Of a DNA stretch of 64,000 nucleotides, positions 50,909 through 62,558 are shown piece after piece; position 1 is the stretch's first letter; the number at the start of each line of letters is the position of its first letter. The notes under the pieces are model-generated. The model was not told the origin of the DNA and searched no databases. It worked only from the letters and a program-made list of their open reading frames with translations. Source of the DNA: Fibrobacterota bacterium (GTDB taxonomy: Bacteria > Fibrobacterota > Fibrobacteria > UBA11236). Location of the stretch: contig JAQBPN010000070.1 in NCBI GenBank assembly GCA_028287505.1, forward strand, positions 3,671 to 67,670. The letters run 5' to 3'. The position numbers were made by a program, and so were the translations under genes.

Positions 50909-51154
50909 ATGAGTTTGAAATCCGTCTATAGCGCACCTTCCCAGACCCAAGCCACCATTATCCGCAATCTCCTGCAGAATGCCGGAATCGAAGCCGCCCT
51001 CCGGACCGACGATGCCAACGGGAATATCCCGTCCCTTGATGTTTCCGAAGGCGTGGACGTACTTGTGGATGAAAGCATGGCGGGCGAAGCCCTGGCCGTG
51101 CTGGAGGAATACAGGAACGGCGAAACCGCCATCGACGAAAACCACGCCGATTAA
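50909..51154 (+). CDS. DUF2007-domain protein (putative signal-transducing protein)
   Basis: MSLKSVYSAPSQTQATIIRNLLQNAGIEAAL...VLVDESMAGEALAVLEEY, typical of the DUF2007 family; 81 aa. Confidence 0.6.
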   Translation: MSLKSVYSAPSQTQATIIRNLLQNAGIEAALRTDDANGNIPSLDVSEGVDVLVDESMAGEALAVLEEYRNGETAIDENHAD

Positions 51155-51200
51155 CGCCCGTACCCTCAAACCGATTTTCCTCTCCTGGCTTCCCGCTCTG

Positions 51201-51608
51201 ATGGGCATGGGAGTGCTTTTTTATACCTCGAGCCTGCCCGGGGACCGCATCCATCTTCCGCCATTTCCATACAGCGACAAAGCCGTGCATTTCGCCGCCT
51301 ATGCCGCGCTGGGATTCCTGATCTCCTTGCGGAAACCCTTGAGGCGACGCCTTATCGCCAAGGGAATACCCCTCACCGGCCGTTCTGGCTCCGGGGACGC
51401 CCCCGGCGGAGGTCTTGATTTCGCGGGGCTGGCGACCGGGATGCTCTACGGGGTCTCGGACGAGATCCATCAGATCTTCGTGCCCATGAGAATGTACGAC
51501 TACGGAGACATGGCCGCGGATGCGCTGGGTGTCGTATTGGGATGTTGGATTTTCGCCAGGATTTTCCGGCCTGCGCCGGAAGCCGCGGCAAGCGGAACAG
51601 CGGCCTAG
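51201..51608 (+). CDS. VanZ-family membrane protein (start uncertain; may begin upstream at a non-ATG codon)
   Basis: Multi-TM pattern with AVHFAAYAALGFLISL...SDEIHQIFVPMRMYDYGDMAADALGVVLGCWIF (VanZ-like). Lies in the frame of ORF 50979..51608. Confidence 0.55.
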   Translation: MGMGVLFYTSSLPGDRIHLPPFPYSDKAVHFAAYAALGFLISLRKPLRRRLIAKGIPLTGRSGSGDAPGGGLDFAGLATGMLYGVSDEIHQIFVPMRMYDYGDMAADALGVVLGCWIFARIFRPAPEAAASGTAA

Positions 51609-53020
51609 CGGACGCTCATCGGGACTTTGTTCACGTCTCCGCCTTTGCGGATATACGTCGAAAAATAGGAGCGCGCTTCTTCCGGCTTGCTCAGGTTGAG
51701 CAAGGTGCTGCCCAGGATGAAATAGGGTTCCACCGCCTCGTAGCAATAGACGGTGGCGTTGCGCCCGTATGGCAGCAGCTCCTTATCGTTCTTCTGCCGG
51801 AAGTGGAATTCCATCGCCAGGGTATTGCCTTCGCAGGACAAGGGATCCCGGTCCAGCAGCACCTTCAAGTTGTCGGAAATGGTCTGATAATCCTCGTTGC
51901 CCATCAAATCCTCCCAGAGGGCGGTCAAGGCCGCGGCGTTTCCCGGCTTGCGTCGCAAAACCACCCGGTAGAAATACTTGGACTGTTTTTCGTAGTTGCG
52001 CAACTGCAACTGGCGCGCCATGAACTCCTGGAGGTCCGGATCCTGTTCCTGATATTCCTCTTTGAGGGTTTCCCAAATCTGATCGGACTTGAATTTGTTG
52101 CCGGTGCTGGCATAGAGCCGGTACAGGTCGGCATTGACGAGCACTCGCAGCCTATCCCAGGAGGTTTCCAGGGCCTTCTGATACGCCGCGGCCGCCTCGT
52201 CGTTGCGGTCTTCCGCCGCGGCATCCATGGCTTTCACAAGATTGTAGTAGTCCCGGTAGGAAGGCGAGTTGGCTTCCCGCTTGAGGAAGTCCCGCACCTC
52301 CCGCCACTTGCCCTGCTGGGCGTAGTTCATGTTCACCAGGTAGGCCATTTCCCCTTGCGGAAACCGTTTCAGCAAGGACGCGGGAATCTTGGGATCCAGA
52401 TTACCGTTGAGAAAGAAGTTGACCAGCAGCAGGTTGCGGGCGCTTTCATAATCGAGCTGATCCGCGAAGCGGGCGAGCGTGGACTGGCAAAGCGCGTAAT
52501 CCCCCTGGCGGAAGGCGAGCACGGCGGTCTTGCGGTTTACGGGCAGGTAGGACTGCGTGCGGGACCCCAGGTTCCTCAACACAAGCAGTTGCGCGGAGTA
52601 CAGGCGTTCCTTTTCCAACCCGTTCTGCAATTGATCGAGACGAGCCGGATCCAGATGGGCCAGGTTGGGCATCATGTAGGGAAGGCTGGTCTTGATGCGG
52701 CCCTGGGACAGCCATACATCGCCGACCTCCAGGATGGTCTTGCCTTGGTTGCCGGAAAGCTTGATGGCCTCGTCGAAATATCCCTTTGCCAAATCGACCT
52801 GGGCGTTCTTCGCCGCCAAGGTCCCCAGCTTCATCCAATGGATGGGATTGTCCGGTTCCCGCGAAACCATCGCTTGCAGGGAATCTTCGCTGAGCTCGGG
52901 ATTCTTGTTCCGCGAGGAAAAGGCCGCGCCGCACATCAGGCAACCCATCAGCATCGTCCGGATGAGGACAACGCCCGGGCGCTTGCTTCGGAAAGAAGGA
53001 ACGTGCTTTTTAAGTGTCAT
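51605..53020 (-). CDS. Tetratricopeptide-repeat lipoprotein
   Basis: Lipobox (LMGCLMCGAAFS); multiple TPR-like helical repeats (AAAYQKALE, YYNLVKAM, etc.); 471 aa. Confidence 0.65.
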   Translation of the reverse strand: MTLKKHVPSFRSKRPGVVLIRTMLMGCLMCGAAFSSRNKNPELSEDSLQAMVSREPDNPIHWMKLGTLAAKNAQVDLAKGYFDEAIKLSGNQGKTILEVGDVWLSQGRIKTSLPYMMPNLAHLDPARLDQLQNGLEKERLYSAQLLVLRNLGSRTQSYLPVNRKTAVLAFRQGDYALCQSTLARFADQLDYESARNLLLVNFFLNGNLDPKIPASLLKRFPQGEMAYLVNMNYAQQGKWREVRDFLKREANSPSYRDYYNLVKAMDAAAEDRNDEAAAAYQKALETSWDRLRVLVNADLYRLYASTGNKFKSDQIWETLKEEYQEQDPDLQEFMARQLQLRNYEKQSKYFYRVVLRRKPGNAAALTALWEDLMGNEDYQTISDNLKVLLDRDPLSCEGNTLAMEFHFRQKNDKELLPYGRNATVYCYEAVEPYFILGSTLLNLSKPEEARSYFSTYIRKGGDVNKVPMSVR

Positions 53021-53187
53021 CTACACCTGTGGTAACGGGCTCCCCCGGGCGACCGATCGGTCTGGGGGGCCGTCTTGGCCAATACCTGTCAAAATATATA
53101 AAAAAGCCCTGGAGCCCCCCGCGCCGCCGGGCTCGGAATCCCACACCCGGGGACCCGGGTCGGGAGGGGAAATCCGGAGGGGTAAAA

Positions 53188-55407
53188 ATGTATACTTTCC
53201 CAGACCGGGACCGGAGGCAAGGAGCCTCCCGAGACAAGGACCCGCGAGAGGAAATGATGGCCGCGAACCCGCAGTATGCCGAAGGCGAAGTGATCGCGAA
53301 CAAGTACGTGGTGGAAGGCCTGCTGGGGGAATCCCCGGCCGCCCGGACATTTCTCGCCAATGGCAGCGCGGGAAAGCTGGCCGTGAAGATTTACCGGCCG
53401 GAAGTCTCCTCCCGGCTGCTGGCCGCCCCGGACTTTTTCCTGAAGGCCGGCGTGATGACGGAAATCGAACATGACAACCTTTGCGCGTGCATGGACGTGC
53501 AGGAGGAAATGGGCCTGGTTTTCGTGGCCCGCGCCTATTCGGACGGACAATGCTTCGAGGAATGGGTCCGCAAGCACCGCGGGGACGGCAACTATTTCTC
53601 CCGAGGTCTGGAACTCTTGTGGCAGACATCCCAAGGACTTGCGACCCTTCACGAACGCACCCGCCATCTGGACATCCATCCCGGCAACGTGATCGTGGGT
53701 CCCCTGGTGGCCAGGCTGTGCGATTGGGATCCCCGGGCCTTGGGTAACATGGAGATGACCCCGGATCCCCTTCCGGTCCGGCCCGAATACCAGGGTTACC
53801 GGGCCCCGGAAGCGGCGGGCCGCGGCGGATTCCTCAGCTATCCCAGCACGGATCTCTTCGCGGTGGCGGGCCTGCTCTATCGCCTCGTCAAAGGGGAACA
53901 TCCCTCCGTGAACCCGGCGCAAACCCTTGGGGAAATTCGCGCTTTCGACAAGGACCTGGCGATTTTCCTATCCAAAGCCATGCATCCCAGGCCGGAAGAA
54001 CGCTTTCAGGATGCCGGGGCCTTCTCGGACGCCCTGTGGGAACTGCATGCGGCCATGGGACGGATGCAGGAACGCAACGCCAGGAGCACACCCTCGCAAG
54101 CGGCTCAGAAACCGGCCCCGGAACTGATGGCCCGCACGGCCGAAATGCATTTTCCGGATCCGCCATCCCCTCCCCCTGCCAAGGATCTTTTCGCCGATCT
54201 CCCCGGGGGCAAGGAGCCCACCCTGTTCGGTGCGGCCAAGCCTGCGGCCGGCAATGACACCTTCTTCAATTTCTTCCCCCCCGCCGACGCCGCGCCTCCG
54301 GCTCAGAAGCCGGCGCCGGTCCAAAACGATTTCCAGGCGCCCGTGCCCAAGTCCTCCGGTGACACCCTCTTCGGCGCGCCGTCCCTTCCAAGCCACAGGA
54401 ACGAAGCGCCCGCGCCCGCCAAATCCGGGTTGAGCGATCTGGAAGCGCCCGGCACGATGTTCGGCTCCCAGGCGCCCCTGTTTTCCTCGCCGTCGAAGCC
54501 TGCGCCCCGAAACGATCCTCCCCCTCCTCCCAAGCCCATCGCCGTCAGCCTTTCCTCCCTGGAAAAGGATCCCCTGGAAATGGCCGGCAACGGAGAGCCC
54601 GGCGGATTCACCGCCTATGGTTTCAAAGGCGCGGGAGACAATCGCACCGGAATCTATACCCCCGAGGCCAAAGCCGCGGCGACGAAAACCAAGCTTATGA
54701 TCCTGCTCGGCACCGTGGGGGCGCTCATCCTGCTTTTCGGCCTGGGAGGCCTGTTCCTGTATTTGCGCAGCAATGCGGCCCACAAAGAAGAGCCGGTCGC
54801 GGAAACCAACATGGTTGCTCCGGCACCGGAACCGCAACCGATAGCGGAAACTCCCGCTCCCGAGCCGGCTCCGAAAGTCGCCGCGGATCCCGTTCCCGCG
54901 CCCAAGCCCGTGCCAGCCGCACCGCGGCCGGATCCGGCCCCGACCGCGACCCAGGCCGAAGGTTATTCGGAGCCGCCCATGCCGGTGGAACCGCCGCGAC
55001 CGGGCGCGGGCGCAGGCACGCAACCCCGCCCAACGGTTCCGGTCGAAGCCGCCAAGCCGCCCAAACCCGCCGTCTACAAGGGCAACAGCCATGTTACCCC
55101 CGAGCGGGAAGCCGCGCTGATGGGAATGGTACAGACCCGGACCTGGCCCAATTCCGCCTCGGAGTGCATCAAGGCCGCCGATGAGTTGAACGATCTGGGA
55201 AAGACGGCGGAAGCCAATGTCGCCTACTCCAAGGCCCTGGTCGCCTCAAGCGTAAACGACAAACAGAAAATCCTGGCCTTCGGCGGTTTGGCCGTGACCT
55301 TCCAGACCATGGGCATGCGCGATCAGGCCCGCGACGCGGTCCAGCAGATCCTGGCCATCAATCCCAAGAATGGTTTCGCGTTGAAGCTGAAAGAAAAGCT
55401 TAAATAG
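53188..55407 (+). CDS. Membrane-anchored Ser/Thr protein kinase-like protein: atypical kinase domain, long Pro-rich linker, one TM helix, C-terminal TPR-like domain
   Basis: Kinase subdomains present but divergent: LGESPAARTF (G-loop), LAVKIY (VAIK), HLDIHPGNVIV (HRD-loop with R to L and K to H), LCDWD (DFG-like), YRAPEAA (APE). TM helix LMILLGTVGALILLFGLGGLFLYL. C-terminal TPR-like helices. RBS GGAGGGG lies upstream of Met59 of ORF 53014..55407. Confidence 0.7.
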   Translation: MYTFPDRDRRQGASRDKDPREEMMAANPQYAEGEVIANKYVVEGLLGESPAARTFLANGSAGKLAVKIYRPEVSSRLLAAPDFFLKAGVMTEIEHDNLCACMDVQEEMGLVFVARAYSDGQCFEEWVRKHRGDGNYFSRGLELLWQTSQGLATLHERTRHLDIHPGNVIVGPLVARLCDWDPRALGNMEMTPDPLPVRPEYQGYRAPEAAGRGGFLSYPSTDLFAVAGLLYRLVKGEHPSVNPAQTLGEIRAFDKDLAIFLSKAMHPRPEERFQDAGAFSDALWELHAAMGRMQERNARSTPSQAAQKPAPELMARTAEMHFPDPPSPPPAKDLFADLPGGKEPTLFGAAKPAAGNDTFFNFFPPADAAPPAQKPAPVQNDFQAPVPKSSGDTLFGAPSLPSHRNEAPAPAKSGLSDLEAPGTMFGSQAPLFSSPSKPAPRNDPPPPPKPIAVSLSSLEKDPLEMAGNGEPGGFTAYGFKGAGDNRTGIYTPEAKAAATKTKLMILLGTVGALILLFGLGGLFLYLRSNAAHKEEPVAETNMVAPAPEPQPIAETPAPEPAPKVAADPVPAPKPVPAAPRPDPAPTATQAEGYSEPPMPVEPPRPGAGAGTQPRPTVPVEAAKPPKPAVYKGNSHVTPEREAALMGMVQTRTWPNSASECIKAADELNDLGKTAEANVAYSKALVASSVNDKQKILAFGGLAVTFQTMGMRDQARDAVQQILAINPKNGFALKLKEKLK

Positions 55408-55846
55408 CGGGGTAGGTCTTTGGCGAGTCTTCCGGCATCCAGACCATTTCGCCGGGACCGGGAACCAATTGCCCTGACTTGACCGTCACGGAAATCCGGG
55501 AAAGGGAACGCAACATTCCCGGACCGCCGCCGAACCGGCCCAAGGCTTCCACGGCCACGCGCAGGTTGGGATCGATGCCTCCGGAAAAAAACACGTTCGG
55601 AAATCCCAGCCAGCAGGCGAGCAGGTTATCACCGTCGCTGCGCCACTCATAACGCCAGCGCTCACCCCGGTACGGTCTCGGTAGGCCCGGTTCGCCCATT
55701 TCGATGAAAGATTGCAGGCAATGGCCGGAGCTTTTGGCCTGGGAGACCAGGATGCCTGCCAGCACCGGCAGGCGGGCCGGGGTTTCCAGACGCGTCCGCA
55801 AGGGCAGGATTACCCGGGTGCTGTTGGCCAGAACGATGAAACTCAT
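55400..55846 (-). CDS. Hypothetical protein (148 aa)
   Basis: ORF only; codon usage consistent with neighbours; no motifs recognised. Confidence 0.35.
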   Translation of the reverse strand: MSFIVLANSTRVILPLRTRLETPARLPVLAGILVSQAKSSGHCLQSFIEMGEPGLPRPYRGERWRYEWRSDGDNLLACWLGFPNVFFSGGIDPNLRVAVEALGRFGGGPGMLRSLSRISVTVKSGQLVPGPGEMVWMPEDSPKTYPAI

Positions 55847-55858
55847 GAGCGGGGGCGA

Positions 55859-57274
55859 TCAGGCAGGCGTATGCGCATCCGCGGCCTTCCCCGCCAGGTA
55901 ATCGCTCACCATTTCGCGCATGGGATTGCCGACGGAATCCCAGGCCGAATACCCATAGGTCTCGTCGAAGACGGATTCCAGGGACCGGAGAATCTCCCCA
56001 TGGGAACGGTAGAGGTCGCGGATATCCGACTCGAGGCCGGCCTGGAAATGGGAAGGAGGATCCGCCGGAGGCGAACGGCCTTCCAGGGCCATCATGGCCG
56101 CGCTCGCCGAATTCAGCCGCTCGGACCAGTCCGCGTGGGAAGGCTCGGCGAGAGCGCTTTGCAGGACATCCTGGTGGGCGATCAAAGTCCGGGCGACTTG
56201 CGCCAGGGCCGCCACGGCTTCTCCCGCGGGAAGTTCCGCGATGGAGGCTTTCGGGCGGGCGGAGAGGGAATCTCCGCCATGACGGAGCAGGCGGTGCATC
56301 ATGGGATGGCGGATGGCGATGCGGCGCCCGGCCGTCGCGGCCGGATCCTTCAGCAGTTGGGCCACGTCCGCGGCGTTGCCTTGGGGTTCCAGCCAAAAGA
56401 CCCAGGCGCCGTTGCCGCTTTGGCCCATACCGCGGATCTTTTCCGTGGCGGCCTGGCGGAATCCGGCTTCTTCCAGGCCTATGTCCCGGCCGAACCAATG
56501 GGTAATCTTGCGGTTACGTCCGTAGAAACAGCCGCCCTTGATGGCGTAGTAGCCCGCATCCTTGCCGTCCGCCTGGGACGAAGGCGCCAGGTTTTCCACC
56601 ACCGCCTGGATCCAGTTCTTGGGATCCCAATGCTTTTCCAGGCTGACGGGGACGCGATCGGCAGGGTCCATCTGGAGCGCGGCCATGAGCACGGGCTGCG
56701 TTTTGCCTCCGAACTCGAAGACGTCCAGGACGTGGCGTTCGATGAAATTGTGCGGCAGCAAGGCGGGAAAGAAGCGCTCGCCCAGGTTGAGGAAGCCGGG
56801 TATGAGCGGCGGAGACATCTGGGCCTGCAAGGTGACGTCCAAGCCGCCGGAAAAATCCTCGCGTCCCGTCAGAGGCGAAGTGCCCACCACTTCCACGGAA
56901 AGCGAGCGGGGCGATTTGCCTTCCGCATCGGCCGTGAAAAAACGGTCCGGGATACCCAGATAATAGGCATAAAGATCGCCCGCGGCTTTCTGCACCCACA
57001 ACTCCCAATCCCCGCCGGCATAGCCGCGCATGGCATCCTGACAGATGCGCAAAGGAATGAACTCCTGGGTGAAGGCGCCGCCGGCGGAAACCTGGATCAC
57101 CATGGCGGTGGCCGTGTCCAGCTTGGACAAGGCGCCGTTCATCCGTTCCCCGTTGCGATCTTCCAACGAGAGCGGGACCAGAACGTTTCTGGAGTTGAGT
57201 GTGACCTGGTAGGACATCGATATTTTCCCCGTAGAGGATGTGAGAAAAATAGCTTTTTGGGCCGGAACGCCCAT
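55859..57274 (-). CDS. Conserved hypothetical protein (about 450-470 aa)
   Basis: Long ORF with protein-like composition. The alternative start at 57217 (MSYQV) has a better RBS (GGGGAAAA). No family recognised. Confidence 0.45.
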   Translation of the reverse strand: MGVPAQKAIFLTSSTGKISMSYQVTLNSRNVLVPLSLEDRNGERMNGALSKLDTATAMVIQVSAGGAFTQEFIPLRICQDAMRGYAGGDWELWVQKAAGDLYAYYLGIPDRFFTADAEGKSPRSLSVEVVGTSPLTGREDFSGGLDVTLQAQMSPPLIPGFLNLGERFFPALLPHNFIERHVLDVFEFGGKTQPVLMAALQMDPADRVPVSLEKHWDPKNWIQAVVENLAPSSQADGKDAGYYAIKGGCFYGRNRKITHWFGRDIGLEEAGFRQAATEKIRGMGQSGNGAWVFWLEPQGNAADVAQLLKDPAATAGRRIAIRHPMMHRLLRHGGDSLSARPKASIAELPAGEAVAALAQVARTLIAHQDVLQSALAEPSHADWSERLNSASAAMMALEGRSPPADPPSHFQAGLESDIRDLYRSHGEILRSLESVFDETYGYSAWDSVGNPMREMVSDYLAGKAADAHTPA

Positions 57275-57373
57275 GTTCCGGGATCGGAAATCCGCAATCC
57301 TTTGCCTTATAATATGAAATTCCGCAAACTTAAAGTGGCGGAATTTTCCGGATTGAGGGGATGGCCGAAAAGT

Positions 57374-58429
57374 CTAGGCGAGAACGGACTCGAAGGCGAG
57401 CAAGGTGCCCTCCACAGTCGACCCTGCGCCCCGGCCCGGCCCGGAAGCGGACTCCGGGTCCCCGGCCCCGTCGAAATCCTCAGGCAAGGGGAGCCGCCGG
57501 ATCCCGGCGCCCTCCCGCCCCGCCGCCAGGAACGTCTCATCCAGGTTACGGCGGAAGCGCTCCGGCGAGATGCCGCCGAAATTCGTCAGCGAGTAGATCC
57601 TGCCCTGCGGCCGCAACAGGCGTGCGCATTTTTCCAGCAGGCGCCAATAGTCGTTGGCGAAGGAAAACGTGCCGGCCTCCGATCGAGAAAAGCTCGGGGG
57701 ATCGAGGATGATGACATCGTAGGCGAGGGACTTCTTCGCCGCCCAATCGAGATACTTCCCGCTGTCCATGCGCACGAACTTCATCCGCTCCGCCGGCAAG
57801 CCGTTCAGGGCCAGATTTTCCCTGCCCCAGCCGAGATAGCGCGCGGATACGTCCACGTTCACCACCGACGCCCGGTTGCCGTGCGCGGCGGCTATGCCCA
57901 GCGAACAGGAATAGCTGAACAGGTTGAGCACATCGTGATCCGGGCAGGATGCCGTCAGGGTCTCCCGTAACAGCCGCGTATCCAGGAAGAGCCCCACGTT
58001 GCGGGGATGGCGCGGATGGATCCGGAACTTCAAAGGGCCTTCCCGCACGTCCGCGCTTTCGGGAACGGTTCCGTACAGGTCGCGGCCCTCCTCCCTGCCC
58101 TCTTCCCCCTTGGCGCTGCGGTCCTTCAGGGAGATGCCCTTCGCCCCCGTGACCTCGGCGAGCCGGGAAGCGAAATCGCCATATCGTTCCGCGGTATCCT
58201 TATCGTAAGCGTACACCGCCAGGTACCCGGCGAAAACATCGACGATCAAGCCGGGCGTGCCGGAAGCCGCGCCGTTCAGGAGCCTATAGGCGTCGGTGCG
58301 CTTCCGCAAGGCGGAGCGCTTTTGCCAGGCCGATTCCAGCGCTTTCTCAAATCCAGGCAAATCCACCCCGTCGAAACATCGTGATTGTTCGATCCACGGC
58401 GGAAAAATTATAAATTTGAGGGGAACCAA
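57374..58429 (-). CDS. Class I SAM-dependent RNA methyltransferase (RlmI/RlmK-like, PUA-less)
   Basis: SAM-binding motif VLNLFSYSCSLGIAAA; DPPSF motif (IILDPPSFSR), typical of RlmI/YccW-family m5C methyltransferases. Confidence 0.7.
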   Translation of the reverse strand: MVPLKFIIFPPWIEQSRCFDGVDLPGFEKALESAWQKRSALRKRTDAYRLLNGAASGTPGLIVDVFAGYLAVYAYDKDTAERYGDFASRLAEVTGAKGISLKDRSAKGEEGREEGRDLYGTVPESADVREGPLKFRIHPRHPRNVGLFLDTRLLRETLTASCPDHDVLNLFSYSCSLGIAAAHGNRASVVNVDVSARYLGWGRENLALNGLPAERMKFVRMDSGKYLDWAAKKSLAYDVIILDPPSFSRSEAGTFSFANDYWRLLEKCARLLRPQGRIYSLTNFGGISPERFRRNLDETFLAAGREGAGIRRLPLPEDFDGAGDPESASGPGRGAGSTVEGTLLAFESVLA

Positions 58430-58443
58430 CCCGGGATTGTTAG

Positions 58444-60021
<1,578 letters not shown>

Positions 60022-60039
60022 GCCCCGATTTCGATTAAG

Positions 60040-61260
60040 TCAACGGGAAATCATGGAGCGCATCTTCCAAATCAGGGAAGGCGTGCTCCAGAGGGTCGAT
60101 AGGAAGATGCGGCTCATGGTCACCTTCTCGGCGGGGATCCTGGCCAGGCTCCCCGCGGCCTTGTCGAAAGTCTCGTCCTTGATTTCGGAAAAAGGCGCCT
60201 TGGCGCGGTGGATGCGCAGGTTGGCATTGCCGTAGGCGGCATCCCATTTCTCCTTGAAGGCCTTGTAATACGGCTGCTTTTCGGATTCGGCCGACAACTC
60301 GATGACGGCCAGAGCCGCCTCGGCCGCGAGCTTCCCTCCCATCATGGCTTCCAGGATTCCCGCCCGGCTTATCGGGTTTACCATATTGGCGGCGTCCCCC
60401 GCCTTGAATAGGTTGTCCACCGCCAGGGGATCATGGGTATAGCCGCAAGGGATGACTCCGCCATGGACCGTCTCCACGGTAACACCCGGGTAAACCTTGT
60501 TCATGAAGTCCGTCATGGTCTTCCGTGCCGGCGCTTCCTTGGAAAACTTCTTGCCGATCACCAGGCCCACGTTGGCCACGTCCTTGTCGCGCGGAAAAAG
60601 CCAGGCATAGCCTCCGGGCGCATAGCGCTTTCCGAAAAACATCTGGATGTAATTGGTGGGGTATTCCAAACCCCGGACCAGTGCGAACAAGGCCGGCTCC
60701 ACGTCGAAATTGCCCTGGGTAATCTTCTCGCCCTGCCCGAAGCCGAGGCCCGGTCCGCTGGCATCGATCACCACCCTGGCCCTGATTTCGCCCGAGGACT
60801 CGCCTTCGTACTTTACCAGGCGCTTCCCGTTCTCGAACCGGGAAACCGCCACCGCGCGGGTGCGGAAGTTGCAATGCGCGCCAAGCCTTCGGGCCTCTTC
60901 GGCAAGATTCTTGTGCATCAACGCCCGGTCGATCAAAAGACCGCTTCCCGGATGCCGGAACGTCACCCGGGTCCCATTGGGCGAAATGAAAATGACCCCA
61001 TCGATGGGCTCCCGGATCCAGGCCGGCTCGATTTTCGGCACCAAAGCCTCAAGCCCCTTGGCCGAAACCGCTTCCGCGCACGAAACCGGCTCCCGCCAAG
61101 GATCCCGCTTGTCCAACAACGCCACCGAATAGGGCTTCCCCCCGTTACGGCCCCCGGAAGACTTGGCATTCGCCAAACCGATATTCAAAGCCGCCAAAAG
61201 CCCCGCAGGCCCGGCCCCAATCACGACAAAGTCGTATTCCGAAAGTAATGCGTCCTTCAT
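60040..61260 (-). CDS. FAD-dependent geranylgeranyl-reductase-family oxidoreductase
   Basis: YDFVVIGAGPAGLLAA (FAD-binding fingerprint); GDAA motif (KAGDAANMVNPISRAGI); 406 aa. Confidence 0.8.
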   Translation of the reverse strand: MKDALLSEYDFVVIGAGPAGLLAALNIGLANAKSSGGRNGGKPYSVALLDKRDPWREPVSCAEAVSAKGLEALVPKIEPAWIREPIDGVIFISPNGTRVTFRHPGSGLLIDRALMHKNLAEEARRLGAHCNFRTRAVAVSRFENGKRLVKYEGESSGEIRARVVIDASGPGLGFGQGEKITQGNFDVEPALFALVRGLEYPTNYIQMFFGKRYAPGGYAWLFPRDKDVANVGLVIGKKFSKEAPARKTMTDFMNKVYPGVTVETVHGGVIPCGYTHDPLAVDNLFKAGDAANMVNPISRAGILEAMMGGKLAAEAALAVIELSAESEKQPYYKAFKEKWDAAYGNANLRIHRAKAPFSEIKDETFDKAAGSLARIPAEKVTMSRIFLSTLWSTPSLIWKMRSMISR

Positions 61261-61548
61261 AGGAACCCGTAAATGTAGTCAACAACCCCGGACGCCACAT
61301 CGAGACGGCCCCCAGCACACACCCCACCCACCCCACAATCCCATCCAAAATCGCACCCCCAGAGAATGCGCCCCGAATCGCCGCGTAGCGCCCCTCGCGG
61401 CGACTCTTCAATCAACCCCACACCAAACCAAAACCCAGTCGGCCCAACGATGTTCGAATGGATCAATCTTCGCCGCCGCGCCGAAACAAACCCGGTCGCT
61501 CTTCTCCTAACCCCCGGAACAATGCGGTGCCTTGTGCCGGTTTGGCCT

Positions 61549-61766
61549 TCCGCGGGTGGGGGCCGGGCCCAAACTGCATCCTCGCCAAGAAGGAAGCCAA
61601 CCGGCAAAGGCGCGCCCGGCGAGCGTTTGGACCCGTAGAAATGGATATCTCAGGGAAGGATGCGCAAATCAACCCACCGCACCGGCCAGGTTGCTCCTAC
61701 AGACCACTCAACCCAAGCAGCCCATGGCGAGGTCTTAAAGTTTGGGCCCGGCCCCCACCCGCGGAA
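61549..61766. repeat. 28-bp perfect inverted repeat (TTCCGCGGGTGGGGGCCGGGCCCAAACT at about 61549-61576; its reverse complement at about 61739-61766) bracketing about 160 bp inside a G-poor 530-bp intergenic region. MITE-like element or a large structured RNA.
   Basis: Seen directly in the sequence. The flanking region 61261..61793 is strongly C/A-rich on the plus strand. Confidence 0.5.
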
Positions 61767-61793
61767 GCCCGAGCAGACAAAAACACCCCGCGA

Positions 61794-62507
61794 CTAAATC
61801 TGCCAATCTATAGGATCAAGACCCGATTTTTCAAGAATCGCGTTGGCCTTGGAGAAATGGCGGGTCCCGAAGAAACCGCGGTCCGCCGAAAAAGGCGAAG
61901 GATGGGCGGCCTTCAAAACATGATGCCGCGAGGGATCGATGATGGAACCTTTTTCCTGCGCCGGCTTACCCCACAGCAGAAATACGAGTCCCTGCTTCTC
62001 ATCGTTCAAGGTCTGAACCACCGCGTTCGTGAAGGTTTCCCAACCCTTGCCGTGATGGGAGCCCGGTTGCCCGGCGCGGACCGTGAGGCAGGCATTCAGG
62101 AGCAGAACTCCCTGCTCGGCCCATTTTTCCAGATTGCCGTGATTGGGGATGATGAATCCCACATCCTTGTGCAATTCCTTGAAGATGTTCACCAGGCTGG
62201 GCGGAGGCTTGACGCCGGATTGGACGGAAAAGCAGAGACCATGGGCCTGGCCGGGGCCATGATAGGGATCCTGTCCCAGGATGACCACCTTGACCGCATC
62301 GAAGGGCGTCTTGTTGAAGGCGTTGAATATGAGCGGACCGGGGGGATAGATGACCGCGCCGTTCGCCTTCTCCTCTTTCAGGAACCGCTTCAGGTCCGAG
62401 AAATAGGGTTTGCGGAACTCGCCCGCAAGCCGATGCTTCCAGGAGGGTTCCATTTTCGGATCGATGCGCGACTCCGCCGTTTCTGCAGCCAAGGTACTTT
62501 CTTTCAT
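61794..62507 (-). CDS. ung: Uracil-DNA glycosylase (family 1)
   Basis: [18 protein letters not shown] (catalytic water-activating motif) and HPSPFSA (Leu-intercalation loop with the HPSPLS motif). The start could be 62453, 62507 or 62543. Confidence 0.88.
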   Translation of the reverse strand: MKESTLAAETAESRIDPKMEPSWKHRLAGEFRKPYFSDLKRFLKEEKANGAVIYPPGPLIFNAFNKTPFDAVKVVILGQDPYHGPGQAHGLCFSVQSGVKPPPSLVNIFKELHKDVGFIIPNHGNLEKWAEQGVLLLNACLTVRAGQPGSHHGKGWETFTNAVVQTLNDEKQGLVFLLWGKPAQEKGSIIDPSRHHVLKAAHPSPFSADRGFFGTRHFSKANAILEKSGLDPIDWQI

Positions 62508-62558
62508 AGGGCTAAAATTAAGTCCTGGCCGGCGGAGCGGCAATCGCCAAGATGGCGA

